Source: the human T2T-CHM13v2.0 reference genome, Homo sapiens. From it: 64,000 bases of DNA. A program made the position numbers and the translations under genes. Where the stretch lies: NCBI RefSeq assembly GCF_009914755.1, contig NC_060929.1. One strand, written 5' to 3'. The notes under the pieces were generated by a model. The model saw nothing but the letters and a program-made list of their open reading frames with translations. It did not search any database and had not been told where the DNA came from. This document shows positions 59,504 through 64,000 of this stretch, in pieces. Positions within the stretch are counted from its first letter, which is position 1, and every line of letters begins with the position of its first letter.

Positions 59504-59729
59504 GCTTCTTTCCCTGTTTTTATATTTTAGTCTTTGCACTTATCAATTCCCCCAAGCCATGAAACCCAGGATTTTCTGTCCTTCAGAGCCCTGTGCTACC
59601 CTGGTGAGAACTCTGGTTGAGATTCAAGAAACCTGTCAACTCCAGTCAGGAATCCAACTCTCATACAAGCTCACTATGTGGTCTTAAGCAATTTTCTTTA
59701 TCTACAAAATAAGACAATTGCACCATATG

Positions 59730-59895
59730 GGTAGTTCTCAAAGTGGTCTACAGACCATGAGTACCAGACGTTAAGAATTCACATTTCTGAGGCCATGCCT
59801 CACACTCACTACATCAGACTCTAGGAGTGAGGCTCTGGGACCTGCATTTTACATGCTTTTTAGGGCTCCTTATGTGCACTAGGGCCCGAGGAGAT
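59730..59895. mobile_element. MER5-family hAT-Charlie element
   Basis: gtagttctcaaagtggtc...catcagactct...ctgcattttac. Confidence 0.6.
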
Positions 59896-60343
59896 AGCCT
59901 CTTGGGACCCCCTCTCAGCTTTGCTAGTCCCTGGTGGGAGGACCACTGGCTGAACAGGAAGTCCATTTCCCAGTGTCATTGCCCTACCTAGGGGTTAGAC
60001 AAGCTGAAAAAGAAGAGTTCTTGGAGCAATACGAGAAAACAACAAACCAAATATTTGTTAGACTTTCTGAAGTACTGCTTTATTCCAGAAGTTCAAAATT
60101 AACATATTCAAGATACTCAAGACAAAAGAAAGGTAACCAGGAACTTCATATGTAGCCACACTAATCTCCCATACGAAGGCTGCAGACAAACTGTCCCAAG
60201 CACTCAAGAACTCGGGGAACACTGTTCCCAAGAACTCTTACTGAGAAACGAGCTTCAGACAACTGAAAGAACTAGACAATCATAACCATGGGGCTGGTGA
60301 TGACCATTAAATAGGTGTCTACTAGTCAAAAAAAAAAAAAATA

Positions 60344-60679
60344 CAATTGGCTCTTTGTATCCATGGGTTCTACATCTGTGGATTCAACCAACTATGGGTC
60401 AAAAATAGTCAGAAAAAATATTTTTGTCTGTACTGAATAAGTACAGACTTTTTTCTTGTCATTATTCCCTAAACAATACAGCATAACAACTATTTATGTA
60501 ACATTTACATTGTATTAGGTATTATAAGTAACTTAACGATGATTTAGAGTATATGGGAGGATGTGTGTATGTTATATGCAAATACTATGCCATTTTATAC
60601 CAGGAACTTGAGCATCACAGATTCTGGTATCTGCAGGAGGTCCTGGAACAAATACCCCATGGACACCAAGGGATGATTG
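60344..60679 (-). mobile_element. MER2 TcMar-Tigger element
   Basis: ~336 bp, TA on both flanks, ggaggtcctggaacaaatacccc terminus. Confidence 0.9.
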
Positions 60680-60883
60680 TATGTACCACTCACTACCCGC
60701 CCCCCACCCCACACACATACAAACATACTTCTTGGCTTTTTTTCACTCTTGGTGAAACTTGCTCATTTCCTGTAATCTAAGAATAAATTAAGGTTGAAAG
60801 ACAGAAAACTACAAAGTAATGGGGGAACAATAGAGACAATATAGGAAAAGTAGAGTAAGCTCACTTATTACCTTACAGGCACA

Positions 60884-61932
60884 GAGTTGACCCTTGAATA
60901 ACATAAGGATTAGGGGTGCCAACCCTCCATGCAGTTGAAAATCCACATATAACTTTGACTTCCTACAAACTTAACTACTAACAGCCTACTGTTGCCCAGA
61001 GGGCTTATCAATAACATAAATGGTCAATTCATACATATTTTGTACATTATAGATATTATACACTGTATTCTTTCAATCAAGTAAGCTAGAGAAAAGAAAG
61101 TATTATTAAGAAAATCATAAAAAGATAAAATACATTTACAGTACAGTAGTGTGTCTATCAATGCCATAAGTTTACATCACCTGTTTATGACACAGATCAT
61201 GTCTGAAATATTGGCACCTGCAACTGCAGACCTCAACCTTTGGTATATATCAAACAATTCAACTTTTTCTTGTAATGCCATGACGTTTCTCTGCTTCTTG
61301 GGAGTACTTCCAGCTTCACTAGTGGCATTTTGTATGAGTCTCATGGTGTTATTTAAGGTTTATGGTATTGTACTAAACACAATGAAAACTACGCGAGAAC
61401 CTTGAGATTAGTTATTACTGTAATATGCAGTTTACTGGAGAGATGAACTGGTTACTTGGAGATGGTTAGCATCACATGGAATCTTGAGCAGACACTGGCA
61501 ACACTTGAGTTCAAGGCAATAGCAACAAGGGGTGACTATGAAATTATTACAGTAGTGCCATAGGTACTACAGTTAAATTTATGCAATTATGATTTAATAT
61601 TGCAACTTTACCTTTGTTTACATTTAACTGAGAATAGTGCCACGTATTGTCTGTGTTTGTGTGCATATGTTTTAATAAATTCTATCTTTTTATAATAGAT
61701 TTGTGTATATTTTACGATAGTAAATGATAGAATAGTATCTACATAAAGTTTATGCTTTCACAACCTACTTAACTTTTTCCTATTCTTTTTGCTATTTCTA
61801 GGCTATGTGGCTCATCTGCAAGTTTTTTCAAATTCTTTCAAATCTCCAAAAAATTTCCAATATATTTATTGAAAAAAATCCTTATATAAGTGGACCACAC
61901 AGCCACAACCCACGTCGTGCAAGGGTCAACTA
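60884..61932 (-). mobile_element. Tigger2b-like TcMar DNA transposon
   Basis: TIRs agttgacccttg / caagggtcaact, ~1.05 kb. Confidence 0.88.
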
Positions 61933-61939
61933 TATTAAT

Positions 61940-63230
61940 TGGGAATAAAAGGGTATGTTGGGGAGAGGGAGTGGAGGGAGAGGAGAAGTCACTAGTAAAT
62001 TTCGAGATTATTCATGGTAAGGGTCCAAAATACAGTAGCAGAAAAGAAAGAAAAAAGGAAAGAAGGAAGAAAGAAACTAACAAGATCACATACACTTATA
62101 AAGATAATTTTTGTTATAATAATAAAAAATCTAAAACAATGTTGCCTAAATATCAAAATGTATACCAGAAGAGACTAAAAGGAAATATATATAAACAACA
62201 CACATATATGTGTATGATTTTACATAAATATAAAATATGACAAAACTGAAACTAAATATATTAATCCCATCAATAAATACAGATGGGCTTAACTCATCTA
62301 CCAAAATAAAAATATTTTCCATATTGATTAATAAAGTCAAATCTAAAACTATCGATGAGAGATGCCTCTAAACAAAATAAATAATAAATAATGTATATAT
62401 AATAGCAAAGGACTGGAGACACCGCAATTGCTCATCAACTGAGGACTGGTTGAAAAACTGGGGCACAACCATCAGTGAAGCCCTTTTTACAGAAGCATCT
62501 GTAAAAAGGAGTAAGAGAGATCTCTGTGTGTGCTCATGGAGGGCTCTGCAGGATGCACTGCTGAAGAGAGAGTGCAAGGTAGACAGAGTATGATATGGTA
62601 TCAGTCATCTCAGGAAGGAAGCATGTGAACATGTGGATGGATGGATGGATGGATGGGTGGACAGATGAATGATAGATGATGCATGGATGGAGTGGATGGA
62701 TGAGTGAATGAGTGGGTGGATAGGATGGATGATGGATGAATAGATGGATGGATGGATGCATGAGTGGGTGGATGGCTGGATGGATGGATGAATGATGGAT
62801 GAATAGATGAATGGATGGATGATGAATGGATGGATGAATGGATAGATGGATGATGGATGGATGGATGAACAAAATAGAGATCACCTATATTACATATTAC
62901 ATCTATACACATGTATATCTATCTATCTTTCTACCTTGTGTTCATATTTAGAAAGACAGCAGGAAGATAAGCCATGATTTTAAAATGCTTTCTTTTAGAA
63001 AGAAAGTGAATCAGGTGGAGGGACAGGGATACAAACTCAATTTCTTTGACTACATATTTTTGTAGGTGTGATTTAGGAAACACATACCTATATTACATAA
63101 TGATATGACAAAATTACATTTAAAATAAATTTCTAAAACCCAAAGTTAAATGAAATGATGAACCTAAAATGTGTATCCAGTTGGTGGCATAACCACACAG
63201 AGAGAAACCATTTCAACTGACTTAAAAAGA
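61940..63230 (+). mobile_element. Old L1M (L1MC4/5-like) fragments
   Basis: aatagcaaaggactgg...catcaactgaggactggtt and gttggtggcataaccacacagagag resemble L1MC 3' sequences. Confidence 0.55.
62633..62870. repeat. (GGAT)n degenerate tetranucleotide repeat
   Basis: Seen directly. Confidence 0.95.
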
Positions 63231-64000
63231 AAATGATGTATTCCTTCCCACTGGCTATCATGTCATGAGATCACGAATCTCATCCTGAGGATACATTGGA
63301 CAAATGAGGCAGTCGGCACTTGTGAAGCGTGCATGGTATCAGGTAATCAGGTAATTGGGTTGTGTACACTCACTGGCCCAGCTCTGAGGACAGGAACTAT
63401 ATGCACATACTCTGGCTTTACAAGGTCAGCATGAAGAGGGTGAATATTACTTACCTGTCAAATATACAAATGGATCAGTAAAGTACATTGATTAATAAAT
63501 GGAAGTTTTGAATCTTTTGAAATCTGGGTATTTTCAAATTCAAATCCCAGAGTCAATTTATGTTGAAAAGTCCATGAATCTTAGTAAACGATTAAAACAA
63601 AATAGTGTGGTGTTTTCAAAGTCTGGGGAAAGTTTGATCTTAGGAAAAAAAAAAAAGAACAAACTTTCAAGTAAGTCCTTTGTGTAGACTCGTTCCCTGA
63701 CATCTCATTAGCTCCCATTGATCCAGGATAATGCAGAAACATTCCTGCAGGGCAGTTAATTAGAGAAGCCACTGAGGGGAAGAGAGGGAGATGGGCTGGC
63801 CCCGTTGTTGGTGCTAGCAGGCTTCGTATTGGTCAGCTTCTTTTTTTCCATAGTCTAAGATGGATATTAATTTCATTTAGTGGGATCAGAAAGGACTTTC
63901 TAGCAGTGTGGAGTTTAAATGGGTCTGGAGGATGAGTAGGAGCAGGTGATGGTGAACATGAGGTCAGTGTTGAGTGTTCAGGCAGAAGCACGGTTGTTCC

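Noticed and set aside
62534-62912. His/Pro/Ser-rich ORFs
   Set aside because: Translations of the (GGAT)n repeat

Overview
Primate (human-like) genomic DNA, essentially non-coding and dominated by interspersed repeats. I found no credible protein-coding gene, rRNA, tRNA or CRISPR array; the ORF track is explained by Alu, L1, ERV and microsatellite reading frames. Contents: 18 Alus (15 on the minus strand); several L1s, three of them TSD-bounded 5'-inverted (twin-primed) insertions of different ages; a complete ~9.5 kb non-autonomous ERV1 provirus (MER65/MER4-group-like) with tRNA-Leu PBS, PPT, 4-bp TSD and a decayed env TM remnant; a second, partial related provirus; MaLR/ERVL solo LTRs; Tigger and hAT DNA transposons; and a 28-bp AT-rich VNTR. 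The most interesting items are (1) a TSD-flanked chimeric retro-insertion made of an internal L1PA fragment fused to ~400 bp of non-L1 polyadenylated sequence (7967-8919); (2) a small CpG-rich promoter-like island with an RFX X-box (19821-19834), with candidate minus-strand exons to its left; (3) an isolated 48-bp direct repeat (54531/56593); (4) an apparent local inverted copy of an LTR end inserted into an L1. Repeat subfamily names come from recalled consensus sequences, not a database search, and boundaries of old elements are approximate. I could not identify the locus.
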